A stretch of DNA of 58,103 bases from Pseudomonadota bacterium (GTDB lineage Bacteria > Pseudomonadota > Alphaproteobacteria > UBA9219 > RGZA01), in NCBI GenBank assembly GCA_048498415.1, contig JBEHYA010000002.1:1-58103 (forward strand). The letters run 5' to 3'. Positions 47,832 through 57,664 of the stretch are shown in pieces. The position numbers and the translations under genes were made by a program. The first letter of the stretch is position 1. Each line of letters starts with the position of its first letter. A model generated the notes under the pieces. That model saw only the letters and a list, made by a program, of their open reading frames with translations, had not been told where the DNA came from and did no database searches.

Positions 47832-48454
47832 AACTTCTTCCGTCCCCATTTTTTATCGGCGTCGCGGATTTGCGTCGCCGACAGGAAATTTAAAACATTG
47901 TTGAACAGCACCCAGTGCTTTTTCTTCGTCGTGCCCAGCTTCTGCGCTTCGCGCGGGGGCAGGCGGCTGGCATTGAAGCGCTGCGCCGCAATACCCCGAA
48001 GCGCCCCCACAGCATAAGAGGGCCGGCGGAAGACCGCAACGTCTGTCCCGCCAAAAATCTCCGTCCAGCGCTGCCAGCGCGGGATTTGCAGCAGATTATC
48101 GGCCCCCATCATCCATATAAAGGTGGTATGGGGAAAACGCTTTTTAAGGGCGCGCAGCGTATCGGCGGTATATTGGGTGCCAAGCTGCACCTCTAAATCG
48201 CTCACCACAATCTGCGGGTGGCCTTTGATGATTTTTTCGGCGCTCTCAAAGCGCTGCGTGAAGGGGGCGGAGGCGCTTTTCAGCGGGTTCTGCGGGCTCA
48301 CCAGCCACCATACGGCATCAAGGTTCATTTCCTTGAGCGCCAGCAGGCTGATATGCAGATGGCCCTGATGCGCCGGGTTGAACGAGCCGCCCAGCAAGCC
48401 AATGCGCTGCCCACGATAATTCGCGCCGGAGAATAAATGCGGCTTATTGCTCAC
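47819..48454 (-). CDS. nadD: Nicotinate-nucleotide adenylyltransferase NadD
   Basis: 211 aa. IGLLGGSFNPAHQGHL (HxGH), IWMMGADNL, LSATQIR. Confidence 0.9.
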   Translation of the reverse strand: MSNKPHLFSGANYRGQRIGLLGGSFNPAHQGHLHISLLALKEMNLDAVWWLVSPQNPLKSASAPFTQRFESAEKIIKGHPQIVVSDLEVQLGTQYTADTLRALKKRFPHTTFIWMMGADNLLQIPRWQRWTEIFGGTDVAVFRRPSYAVGALRGIAAQRFNASRLPPREAQKLGTTKKKHWVLFNNVLNFLSATQIRDADKKWGRKKLWPL

Positions 48455-49728
48455 GGCCTGATCTGCCCATTACCGCGCACGACATATTTGTAAGACGTGA
48501 GCTGCGCCGCGCCAATGGGCCCCCGCGCATGCAGGCGGCCGGTGGCAATGCCAATCTCCCCGCCAAAACCAAACTCACCGCCATCGGCGAATTGCGTGGA
48601 GGCGTTCACCATCACAATCGCGCTTTCAATTTTTTCACTGAATGCGGTGGCCACGGCGGCATCTTCCGTCACGATTGAATCGGTATGGTGCGAGCTATGC
48701 TGGTTGATGAAGGTAATCGCTTCATCCAGCCCATCCACCACCTTGGCGGCCATGATGGTAGAAAGGAATTCCTTGCCGAAATCGGCATCATTGGCGCGAA
48801 TGACGCGGCTATCCAGCTTCTGCACGTCGCTATCGCCGCGAATTTCGCAGCCAGCATCCAACAAATCGATGACCACCTGTTTACCCACGCTTTGCAGCAC
48901 GGCGCGGTCAATCACCAGGCATTCAGCCGACCCACAGATGGAAACACGGCGCAGTTTGGAGTTATGCGCCAACGCCACGGCCTTTTTGGCATCCGCCTTG
49001 GCGTGCAGATAGACGTGGCAAATACCTTCATATTGGCGCAGCAGCGGGATTTTACTCTCGCGTTCCACGCGTTCGATCAAATCCTTGCCGCCGCGCGGCA
49101 CGATGACATCGATATATTGGCTCAGCTGCAACATCACGCCCACCGCAGCGCGGTCGGTGGTGCCGACCAACTGAATGGCATCTTTTGGCAAGCCTGCATC
49201 GGCGAGGGCCTGCTGCAGGGCCGCCGCAATCGCCTTGGAACTTTCAATGCAGTCCGACCCGCCACGCAGAATAATGGCATTGCCACCACGGAGCGCTATG
49301 GCCGCTGCTTCCGCCGTCACATTCGGGCGGGATTCATAGATCATGCCGATCACGCCAAGTGGCACGGAGATGCGCGAGATTTCCAAACCATTTGGCCGCG
49401 TGAATTTTTCTAATACTTTATCGATGGGATCGGGCTGCGCGGCGATGGCCTCCAGCCCAGCGGCAATGCCTTCCACGCGCGCGGCGGTCAAATTCAGCCG
49501 GTCTTGCATAGCGGGGCTTAATTTGCCTGCGTTCTTTTCCATATCAATGGTATTGGCGCGCAGGATTTTATCCGTACTTTCGCGGATGCGTTCAGCGGCC
49601 TGTTTTAAAAATTTCGTGCGCGCATCGGCGTTGCTTTGCGCCAGAACGGAAGATGCCGCGCGCGCCTTCGCGCCGATCTTTTCCATCTCGGCTTGCAGGT
49701 TGGCAGGCAAGGGGGCGAGGTTGTTCAT
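48451..49728 (-). CDS. proA: Gamma-glutamyl phosphate reductase ProA
   Basis: 425-aa aldehyde dehydrogenase fold. IYESRPNVT, ILRGGS, ICGSAECLVI, HSSHHTDSI. Confidence 0.94.
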   Translation of the reverse strand: MNNLAPLPANLQAEMEKIGAKARAASSVLAQSNADARTKFLKQAAERIRESTDKILRANTIDMEKNAGKLSPAMQDRLNLTAARVEGIAAGLEAIAAQPDPIDKVLEKFTRPNGLEISRISVPLGVIGMIYESRPNVTAEAAAIALRGGNAIILRGGSDCIESSKAIAAALQQALADAGLPKDAIQLVGTTDRAAVGVMLQLSQYIDVIVPRGGKDLIERVERESKIPLLRQYEGICHVYLHAKADAKKAVALAHNSKLRRVSICGSAECLVIDRAVLQSVGKQVVIDLLDAGCEIRGDSDVQKLDSRVIRANDADFGKEFLSTIMAAKVVDGLDEAITFINQHSSHHTDSIVTEDAAVATAFSEKIESAIVMVNASTQFADGGEFGFGGEIGIATGRLHARGPIGAAQLTSYKYVVRGNGQIRP

Positions 49729-49731
49729 CGC

Positions 49732-50322
49732 TCAGCCTTTCCGGTAGTTTTCAAGCGCATCGGCCAAAAGCTGCGGGTTGATGCCCAGCAGGCCGTAATC
49801 AATCACCACGTAATGCGCGGCGAATAGAACCTGGCGGGCGGCGCGGGTTTCATCGCTGCCATCGTATTTCCAGCGCACCGCTTCATCCGACTTCACATAG
49901 ACGCGCACTTCGTTGGTGGTTTGCGCGACCGACTGCTTGGCCAGCGTGCGGGTGGAAACCACTTCAACATGGTCGATATCGCCCCAGTTGACCGTCCAGC
50001 CATCCTTGCGCACGTCATACACAAGACTGGTGGCGGTGATTTCGATGACCGGCTCCTGGTCGTCGATAATTTTATAATCGCCGGCCTTGTTATATAAAAA
50101 ATAGGCCGCCGCAATCATGAGCACGACGCCGATCAGCGTGCCGATGCTTTTACGTGCAGCGCCGAAATGGGTGAAAGCCAGATAAAGCGCGACAGCCGCG
50201 CATAGTACCGCGAAGGCATAGAAGCCGTATTTCGCCAGCTGCAGCGTGAACGAGTCCGCATACAGCCGCGCTTCGGTGCCGCGGGTGAGGTGCTGTAAAA
50301 TTTCGATCGTCGAGTTGGCCAT
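49732..50322 (-). CDS. Hypothetical membrane protein (2 TM + soluble domain) between proB and proA
   Basis: 196 aa. Two hydrophobic helices (FYAFAVLCAAVALYLAF and LIGVVLMIAAAYFLY), then a beta-rich domain of about 110 aa. No motif recognised. Confidence 0.55.
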   Translation of the reverse strand: MANSTIEILQHLTRGTEARLYADSFTLQLAKYGFYAFAVLCAAVALYLAFTHFGAARKSIGTLIGVVLMIAAAYFLYNKAGDYKIIDDQEPVIEITATSLVYDVRKDGWTVNWGDIDHVEVVSTRTLAKQSVAQTTNEVRVYVKSDEAVRWKYDGSDETRAARQVLFAAHYVVIDYGLLGINPQLLADALENYRKG

Positions 50323-50340
50323 GGGCGGAGCTTACAATAA

Positions 50341-51453
50341 TCAGGCTTTACTTAGCACCATATTATCGCGGTGGATAATCTCTTCCACGCCGGAATAACC
50401 CAGCAAACCCTCGATTTCATCGCTTTTCCGGCCCAGAATGCGCTTGGCCTCAAAAGCATCATAGGCCACCAGCCCGCAGCCGATATTCTCGCCCGCCAGC
50501 GTGGTAATCGCCACTGCATCGCCCTTGGCAAAATCACCATCGCATTTTTTAACCCCGGCAGGCAGCAGGCTTTTACCCGTGCCCAGCGCGCGCGCCGCGC
50601 CGTCATCAATCACAAGGGTGCCTTTCAGCTTCATATGCGCGGCGATCCATTTTTTACGGGCCGCCATCGGCGTGCTTTCGGCGGCAAACCAGGTGCAGCG
50701 AATTTTGCCGTTTTCCATGTTTGAAAGCGGGTGCAAATCTTCGCCCTTTACAATTGCCATGCGGCAGCCGGCGGCGCTGGCGATTTTTGCCGCCATGATC
50801 TTGGTGCGCATGCCGCCATTGCTGTTGCCGGCCAGCGCATCGCCTGCCATGGCTTCGATCGCGGGCGTAATTTTATCGACCTGCGGGATGAATTCGGCTT
50901 TAGCATCAAGCTTGGGATTAGCCGTATACAACCCATCGATATCGGAAAGCAGAATAAGCGTATCCGCGCTCATCATCTGCGCGACGCGCGCCGCCAACCG
51001 GTCGTTATCGCCAATGCGGATTTCTGAGGTGCTCACGGTATCATTTTCATTGATCACCGGCACGCCGCCCAGTTTTAAAATCTCTGCAATCGCCGCGCGG
51101 CAGGTGAGGTGGCGCCGGCGGTCTTCCGTATCATCAAGGGTAAGCAGGATTTGCGCGGCGGTGAGCTGATGCGGCGCAAACGCCTGCTGCCATTCCTGTA
51201 TCAGGCGCGGCTGGCCCACGGAAGCCGCCGCCTGTTTTTCTTCCATATGCAGCGGGCGGGTGATGGATGCGCGTGATAAACCGATGGCTTCACGCCCCAG
51301 CGCCACCGCGCCGGAGGATACCACCAGAACCTCGCGGCCCTGTTTGCGCCACGCGGCGATATCGGCTGCCATCGCGGCCATCCATTCGCGCCGCGGCGTA
51401 CCGTGCGTGCCGGCAACTAACGTTCCACCAATTTTTATGACAATGCGTTGCAT
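50341..51453 (-). CDS. proB: Glutamate 5-kinase ProB (with PUA domain)
   Basis: 370 aa. IVIKIGGTLV, VSSGAVALG, NENDTVS, GGMRTKIMAAKIA, and a C-terminal PUA-like segment. Confidence 0.94.
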   Translation of the reverse strand: MQRIVIKIGGTLVAGTHGTPRREWMAAMAADIAAWRKQGREVLVVSSGAVALGREAIGLSRASITRPLHMEEKQAAASVGQPRLIQEWQQAFAPHQLTAAQILLTLDDTEDRRRHLTCRAAIAEILKLGGVPVINENDTVSTSEIRIGDNDRLAARVAQMMSADTLILLSDIDGLYTANPKLDAKAEFIPQVDKITPAIEAMAGDALAGNSNGGMRTKIMAAKIASAAGCRMAIVKGEDLHPLSNMENGKIRCTWFAAESTPMAARKKWIAAHMKLKGTLVIDDGAARALGTGKSLLPAGVKKCDGDFAKGDAVAITTLAGENIGCGLVAYDAFEAKRILGRKSDEIEGLLGYSGVEEIIHRDNMVLSKA

Positions 51454-51503
51454 GGTTTTCTCTGGGGCCCGATCATAGCAATAAAGCCGCGTTTAAAAAG
51501 CGC

Positions 51504-52175
51504 TTATTTGCCGGGGGCTGGCGACGCGCCGGCAAGCAGATGCAACTGTGGCTGAATGAGCGACATGTTGGCTTGCTGGCGGTAGGTTTCGGTATTCACC
51601 ACGGTCTGGTTGACGACCTGTTTGGCCAGGGTCATTTTGCCAAGCAGCCCGCCACTGCGCACAAACACATCGGTGCAGATAGCAGGCAGGAAACCCGTAT
51701 TGGTACGGATGTCGTTATATGTCAGTGTGGGCTTGGCGGGTTCGCAGTGCGTGATGATATCAAGGGTTTCGTTGAAACCATTGCACGTCGCGGCGACCAC
51801 GTCGCCATCGGCGGTCATAAGATTATAGACCACCTTATCAAGGTTGCCTAACGTACTGGTCATTCCCATCGCATAGCCATTGATAAAGCCAAAGCGCGTA
51901 TATTGTTTGGTGTTCGGGTTTTTCAGAATGACCGTGGATTGCGTATCGTTGGCGGCAGCGAAATACGTGCCGTCACCATTATCCAGAATTTTAAAGCCGC
52001 AGCGCACCGTTTTATAGCCCGCGGGCGATATATAGTCCTGCTGCAAAAAGCCGGAGGCGGGCGTAGTGTCCAGGGTATCCCACAGCACGTCCCCGCCATC
52101 CGCCCGTGCGCAGGTCACGGTGCCCGCGCCGGCAAAGGCGGCGCCGATAAAAAGAAGATGATGCGGCTTTAACAT
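51504..52175 (-). CDS. Hypothetical secreted Cys-containing protein (paralog A)
   Basis: 223 aa with a signal-like N-terminus. Shares blocks with the next ORF: VRCGFKILDNGDG/VNCGYEIKDGAV, YTRFGFINGYAM/YTRYRELNGMQV, MTADGDVVAATCNG/MATNGQVSAVMCGN. Confidence 0.55.
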   Translation of the reverse strand: MLKPHHLLFIGAAFAGAGTVTCARADGGDVLWDTLDTTPASGFLQQDYISPAGYKTVRCGFKILDNGDGTYFAAANDTQSTVILKNPNTKQYTRFGFINGYAMGMTSTLGNLDKVVYNLMTADGDVVAATCNGFNETLDIITHCEPAKPTLTYNDIRTNTGFLPAICTDVFVRSGGLLGKMTLAKQVVNQTVVNTETYRQQANMSLIQPQLHLLAGASPAPGK

Positions 52176-52188
52176 ACCATCAACGCAA

Positions 52189-52827
52189 TCAACGCAGGGC
52201 GAACGCGTCTAAAGTTGCTTTCTGCCGGCCATACGCCGTTTTAATGCCGTCGGCATTCCAGGTCACGTAATCGGGCGTCGTGCCGATTTGTGATGCGTTG
52301 CCTTTTACTTCGCCTGCGCAAAAATTATGCAGGTTGGCGAGTTCCGTGGCGAACTGGGCTGGGGTGACGGCTGCGGGCGTTGCTTTGCAGGCCATCGGCA
52401 TGTCGTTGGCATCGTTATTGCCGCACATGACTGCGCTTACCTGGCCATTGGTCGCCATATTATGAATGTAGTTGCCGTTTGGCTGGGCGGGATCGCTGCC
52501 GGGCGCGCGCGTTGTGATCACTTGCATGCCATTCAGCTCGCGGTAACGCGTATAACCGCCTGTCGTATTGGCAAGCGTTAAATCATCAAAGTCGGATTTG
52601 GGAATAACAGCGCCATCCTTGATCTCATACCCGCAGTTAACAACGGCTTTCACATTGCCATTGTCGAAACGGATCGTCTCGCTAAGCGTTGCGGGATAGA
52701 GATCCTGGGATTCAACCCTGGGGATATCGCCCATGCGCGGCGCTTCAATGAACGGGCTGGGTGCCGCCTGCGCGGCGGTGCTGGCCAGCATAATGCCAGC
52801 GGTGGCGAGAGATGCGTATTTGCCCAT
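52189..52827 (-). CDS. Hypothetical secreted Cys-containing protein (paralog B)
   Basis: 212 aa. Signal peptide MGKYASLATAGIMLASTAAQA. Shares the blocks listed for paralog A. Confidence 0.55.
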   Translation of the reverse strand: MGKYASLATAGIMLASTAAQAAPSPFIEAPRMGDIPRVESQDLYPATLSETIRFDNGNVKAVVNCGYEIKDGAVIPKSDFDDLTLANTTGGYTRYRELNGMQVITTRAPGSDPAQPNGNYIHNMATNGQVSAVMCGNNDANDMPMACKATPAAVTPAQFATELANLHNFCAGEVKGNASQIGTTPDYVTWNADGIKTAYGRQKATLDAFALR

Positions 52828-52933
52828 ATCGATATCTCCAAAAAAATGCCCTCAAAATATATCGTAAAACAATACTTTCGCCTAATTGCGGGCCTTAAAA
52901 ATCATGCTTAATTTTTATTAGCCACGTGGGGGC

Positions 52934-53944
52934 TTACAAATCCGGCATCTGGCCGTCTTCGACGTTCTTCCAGATCTCCCACAGCACGTCTTTCACGTTG
53001 GTGCCGGCGGCCGCCGAGATAGCAAAAACCGGCACGCCTTTGGCGGCGGCCTTCAGGGTTTTCAGCTTGGCTTTGACTTCGTCTTCGCTTAAGGCATCGC
53101 ATTTATTGAGGGCGATGATCTCGGGTTTTTCGGCAAGGCCTTCGCCATAGGCGGCGAGTTCCGCGCGGATGGTTTTGTAGCTCGCTTTCACATCTTCCGC
53201 CGTGCCATCGATTAAATGCAGCAGCACGCGCGTGCGCTCCACATGGCCCAGAAAGCGGTCGCCAAGGCCCAGGCCTTCATGCGCGCCTTCAATCAAACCC
53301 GGAATATCAGCGAGCACAAATTCGATTTCATTCGATAAGCGCACTACGCCTAAATTCGGGGCGAGGGTGGTGAAAGGGTAATCGGCAATCTTCGGTTTGG
53401 CGGCGGTGCAGGCGGCCAGAAACGTTGATTTGCCGGCATTCGGCAAACCCACCAAACCTGCATCGGCAATCAGTTTAAGGCGCAGAATAATGGTGCGTTC
53501 TTCGCCGGGCCAGCCTTTGCCGGCCTTGCGCGGGGCCTGATTGGTGCTGGATTTATAGTGCATGTTGCCTTTGCCGCCATCGCCGCCGCGCAGCAGCACG
53601 ATGCGCTGGCCGGGCTCGGTCATATCGGCGAGCACCAGTTCTTCCGTTTCGTCCAAAACTTCGGTGCCGACGGGAACCTTGAGAACGGCATCATCGCCAT
53701 TGGCGCCGCTGCGGTGTTTGCCCGCGCCGCCGCCGCCGGTGCCGGCTTTGAAATGCTGCTGGTAGCGGTAATCGATGAGCGTGTTCAGGCCGGTGCCGGC
53801 TTCGATGATCACGTCGCCGCCTTTGCCGCCATCGCCGCCATCGGGGCCGCCATGCTCAATGAACTTCTCACGCCGGAAGCTGATCGAGCCCGAGCCGCCA
53901 TGGCCGCTTTTCACATATACTTTGGCGTAATCGAGAAACTTCAT
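52934..53944 (-). CDS. obgE: GTPase ObgE/CgtA
   Basis: 336 aa. Obg fold [28 protein letters not shown] with GGDGG repeats. G domain [22 protein letters not shown]. Confidence 0.95.
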   Translation of the reverse strand: MKFLDYAKVYVKSGHGGSGSISFRREKFIEHGGPDGGDGGKGGDVIIEAGTGLNTLIDYRYQQHFKAGTGGGGAGKHRSGANGDDAVLKVPVGTEVLDETEELVLADMTEPGQRIVLLRGGDGGKGNMHYKSSTNQAPRKAGKGWPGEERTIILRLKLIADAGLVGLPNAGKSTFLAACTAAKPKIADYPFTTLAPNLGVVRLSNEIEFVLADIPGLIEGAHEGLGLGDRFLGHVERTRVLLHLIDGTAEDVKASYKTIRAELAAYGEGLAEKPEIIALNKCDALSEDEVKAKLKTLKAAAKGVPVFAISAAAGTNVKDVLWEIWKNVEDGQMPDL

Positions 53945-53952
53945 CTTTATTC

Positions 53953-53986
53953 CAAAAAAAAATATCCCCGCCGAAGCGGGGATATT
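53953..53986 (-). terminator. Rho-independent terminator after rpmA
   Basis: The minus strand reads AUAUCCCCGC-UUCG-GCGGGGAUAU followed by 8-9 U. The 10-bp stem uses 53962-53971 and 53976-53985. Confidence 0.85.
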
Positions 53987-54011
53987 TAAACTTTAAAATC
54001 CTGACTTCAGC

Positions 54012-54290
<279 letters not shown>

Positions 54291-54318
54291 GACTTTTACT
54301 CCTGATTGAAACTTTTAA

Positions 54319-54633
54319 TTAGGCGGCACTGATGCCGGTGATGCGCAGCACCGTCTGGTGCTGGCGGTGACCGTTCTTGCGGCGCGAGTTCTGGCGGCGG
54401 CGCTTCTTGAAGACCAGAACCTTCTTGGTCTTCTCGTGGCCAACCACTTCGGCGCTCACTTTGGCGCCCTTGATCATGGGCGAGCCAAACGTAGAGTTGG
54501 AACCATCGCCCAGCATGACGACATCGGTGATGTTGATGGTCTTGCCGGCTTCGGCGTCCATCTTTTCAACGCGGACAACGTCGCCATTCGCGACCTTGTA
54601 TTGCTTTCCGCCGCAGCTGATGATTGCGAACAT
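54319..54633 (-). CDS. rplU: 50S ribosomal protein L21
   Basis: 104 aa. [24 protein letters not shown]...[16 protein letters not shown]. Confidence 0.96.
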   Translation of the reverse strand: MFAIISCGGKQYKVANGDVVRVEKMDAEAGKTINITDVVMLGDGSNSTFGSPMIKGAKVSAEVVGHEKTKKVLVFKKRRRQNSRRKNGHRQHQTVLRITGISAA

Positions 54634-54762
54634 GATAAATTTCCTAAGTCTCTAAAACAAAAAAACCAGCTTTACGCCCCGGGCTAATCCCGTGGTTTAA
54701 AGCCGTTAAACGTGGGGCTTTGATACAGAAATAGGGGGGCCGGAGTCAAATTCTTTCAGTTT

Positions 54763-56592
54763 TCAGGCTGAAATAGCCATTTCCGTGCCAAGCGCCTGCT
54801 TAACCTTTTCAACCACCTGCGGCCAATTCCCTAAGTTTTCCTGCCGGAACAGGCGCAAACTGGGGTACCAGGGGCTGTCATCCCGGTTCATGAGCCAGCG
54901 CCAGTCGGGGGATAATGTGACAAGCGTCCATACCTTAACGCCCAGCGCGCCGGCCAAATGGGCCGGGGCCGAATCAACCGTGATGAGTAAATCCAGCTGC
55001 TCAAGGAATGCGGCGGTGTCGGCCAGGTTCTGAATGCGGGGCGCGAGATCGGTCACATTATATTCGCGCATCAATTGAAGATCGGCGTCTTTGGCTTTGT
55101 ATTGCAACGAGAAAAACTGAACGCCGGGTGTGGCCAGCAGGGGCTTTAATGTAGCCAGCGGCACGGAGCGCTCATGGTCGCGTTTATGCTGCGGGTTACC
55201 CGACCAGACGAGACCAACCTTAAACCCGCCTTTGGGCAACTGGTATTCCGCTAAATCTTTCTTAGGGTTTGGCAGGTAAGCGCCGCCGGCAGAAAGCGTG
55301 TTGATATTGAGGCCAAGGAGGCCCGGTAAATCCATACCGCCCACAGCAAAATCAACGCCCGCCGGCACGTCGCGGTTTTTGATATCCCACAGCAGAACCT
55401 TATCCGCGCCATGCCAGTTTTCCAGCAACGCATATAAAGGCGCGCGCGCGTAATACCACACCTTGGCGCCGCGCGCTTTCAGGGCAGGGATGAAGCGGAG
55501 CATTTGCAGGCTATCACCAAAACCTTGTTCTTCATGCACCAGAATGGTTTTGCCTTTGAGATCGCGGCCATCCCACATGGGCGCATTGAGGCGAAGGTTT
55601 TTGAATTTTTCCAGCGCACTCCAGCGCCAGCGGTAGCGGCGGAAGCCTTCCGCCAAATTGCCCTTCACCAGCATCACCATGGAACGGTTCCACGGCGCGG
55701 TAACAAACGAGGGATCAAGCATAAACGCCTGCCCATAACTGTCATCCGCCGCGCCAAAGCGGTTATTGGCGAGCGCAATCGAGCCATATAAAGACAGCGC
55801 TTCTTCCATATCGGGTTCATGTGCCAATAGCAGCCGCACGATTGATAGCGCAAGGTCGGATTGCTGCTGCAAGACGGCGCTGGCGGCCAACGCCAGCAGC
55901 GCATTTAGCGTATCATCGTCGTATTTCTTCAAGCCATCATCGCTGTTCAGAAATTTGACGATATCACCCGCCGGCAGGTTCAAACGAATTTCTGCTACGC
56001 GCCGTGCGGCAACGAATGCAGCGGGTAAATCATTTTGTTCGAATGCGATATCGTTTTTGGTGAACAAAAGTTGCAGATGATCAGGCGCCATTTGCAACGC
56101 GGCATCCACGGTGCGACGCGCGCCCGCGAGATCCTGCTTTTTCATCAACACCTGCGCGGTGTTGTTCTGCGCGAGAATATGGGCGGGGTTGAGGGCGAGG
56201 GCTTTCTGGTAGCTGCCAAGCGCCGCATCCAGCTTGTTGCCGTGGCGCTGGGCGTTGCCCAGATTATACCAGGCCTCCGCCCATTGCGGCTGCAGCTGCA
56301 CGGCGCGCTGGAAGGCGCTTTCCGCTTCGCTATACCGCGCGGCTTTATCTAACGCGTTGCCATGATGAAAGTGAAACAGCGCAGCGTTGGGATCGATTGA
56401 AAGCGCTTTCTCAATATATTCAATCGCCGGCCCATGCTTTTTAAGTTCCGACAGCACGGTGCCCAGCAGCGCCATGATATCCGGGTTCTGCGGGTCGGCA
56501 TTCAGCGCGGCGCTATAAGCTTTTTCGGCATCAACGAATTGGCCTTGCTGGTGCAGGGCCATGGCGGCTTGTAATAAAGCCGCGGCGCTCAA
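54763..56592 (-). CDS. TPR-repeat protein fused to glycosyltransferase family 9-like domain
   Basis: 609 aa. The N-terminal ~300 aa carry TPR repeats (AEKAYSAALNADPQNPD, AIEYIEKALSIDPN, SYQKALALNPAH). The C-terminal half has GFGDSLQMLRFIPALK and TVDSAPAHLAGALG, typical of heptosyltransferase-like GT9 folds. Confidence 0.7.
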   Translation of the reverse strand: MSAAALLQAAMALHQQGQFVDAEKAYSAALNADPQNPDIMALLGTVLSELKKHGPAIEYIEKALSIDPNAALFHFHHGNALDKAARYSEAESAFQRAVQLQPQWAEAWYNLGNAQRHGNKLDAALGSYQKALALNPAHILAQNNTAQVLMKKQDLAGARRTVDAALQMAPDHLQLLFTKNDIAFEQNDLPAAFVAARRVAEIRLNLPAGDIVKFLNSDDGLKKYDDDTLNALLALAASAVLQQQSDLALSIVRLLLAHEPDMEEALSLYGSIALANNRFGAADDSYGQAFMLDPSFVTAPWNRSMVMLVKGNLAEGFRRYRWRWSALEKFKNLRLNAPMWDGRDLKGKTILVHEEQGFGDSLQMLRFIPALKARGAKVWYYARAPLYALLENWHGADKVLLWDIKNRDVPAGVDFAVGGMDLPGLLGLNINTLSAGGAYLPNPKKDLAEYQLPKGGFKVGLVWSGNPQHKRDHERSVPLATLKPLLATPGVQFFSLQYKAKDADLQLMREYNVTDLAPRIQNLADTAAFLEQLDLLITVDSAPAHLAGALGVKVWTLVTLSPDWRWLMNRDDSPWYPSLRLFRQENLGNWPQVVEKVKQALGTEMAISA

Positions 56593-57473
56593 TGGTTCAC
56601 CGTTTTGCGCCCGGCCTCGGCCGCCACTTCAATCTCGGTGCTTTCCTCTTCCCGCGCTTTATAGCGTCGCGTAAGCCAGGCAACGCCGATCAAATCAAAT
56701 ATACCATCCAGCGCACGGCGGAAATTGGTGTATTTAGAGACGCCATGCAAACGCGCGCGGTCGTTCACCGGCACGTATTCAACCGGCACATGATATAGGC
56801 GGAACAGCGTGGGCTCGTAGCGGTGGATGTTATCGAAATAAGGGAGGGCCAGATACGCATCGCGGCGGAAGACTTTGAGCGCGCAGCCGGTATCGGGACT
56901 GTCATCCTTCAAAATCGCCCGGCGCAGCGCGTTGGCGGCGCGGCTCGCCCATTTGCGGCTGTTAGTGCCCTGGCGGTTCACACGCACGCCGCTAATGAGC
57001 ACATTCGCATCCACGCCATTTTTCCATGCCACGTCTAAAAGTTTTTTGATATCGGCGGGGTCATTCTGGCCGTCGCCATCCATGGTGACAATCCAGGCGC
57101 CCCGCGCGTTGCGCAGGCCCGTCCACACGCCCTGGCTTTTGCCGTAGCGGCCCTGATGGCTGATCAGGCGGATATGCGGGAACTGCCGCATCGCTTCCAT
57201 GATCTCTTCGCGCGTGGCATCCGTGCTCTGGTCATCGACAAAAATAATCTCGTAGCTGTTTTTCGCCTGCGGGATTGCCTGCAGGGCGTTGGTGAGTTCC
57301 GCGGCCAGCGGCAGCACATTGCCCTGTTCATCGGCCACCGACATCACGACCGAGACCAGCCGGTCGATAGCGGCAACCGGATAACCGGGGCGGTTAAGTT
57401 TTTTATGAACGGAGGGGCTGAGCATGCGGCAAGGATATAACGAATGCGTATGGCAATTCAAAGGCCTGTTCAC
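56589..57473 (-). CDS. Glycosyltransferase family 2 (polyprenyl-phosphate sugar synthase-like)
   Basis: 294 aa (alternative ATG at 57425). VSVVMSVADEQ, IIFVDDQSTD, VTMDGDGQNDP (DxD region). 4-nt overlap with the downstream TPR-GT9 gene. Confidence 0.75.
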   Translation of the reverse strand: MNRPLNCHTHSLYPCRMLSPSVHKKLNRPGYPVAAIDRLVSVVMSVADEQGNVLPLAAELTNALQAIPQAKNSYEIIFVDDQSTDATREEIMEAMRQFPHIRLISHQGRYGKSQGVWTGLRNARGAWIVTMDGDGQNDPADIKKLLDVAWKNGVDANVLISGVRVNRQGTNSRKWASRAANALRRAILKDDSPDTGCALKVFRRDAYLALPYFDNIHRYEPTLFRLYHVPVEYVPVNDRARLHGVSKYTNFRRALDGIFDLIGVAWLTRRYKAREEESTEIEVAAEAGRKTVNH

Positions 57474-57587
57474 GCAAAACCCAATGTTTATTGAAGCTTT
57501 GAATATAAAGCAGGGCTTGCAATTAGATATCGTTTTGACTAGTTTGGCCGCCTTCAGGGCTCTGCCTTGAACTCACGAAGACCCAGC

Positions 57588-57664
57588 GCGCCCGTAGCTC
57601 AACTGGATAGAGTATCGGACTACGAATCCGGCGGTTAGAGGTTCGACTCCTCTCGGGCGCGCCA
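57588..57664 (+). tRNA. tRNA-Arg (anticodon ACG), CCA encoded
   Basis: GCGCCCGTAGCTCAACTGGATAGAGTATCGGACTACGAATCCGGCGGTTAGAGGTTCGACTCCTCTCGGGCGCGCCA. Acceptor stem GCGCCCG/CGGGCGC, anticodon loop CTACGAA, T arm AGAGG-TTCGACT-CCTCT. Confidence 0.93.
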
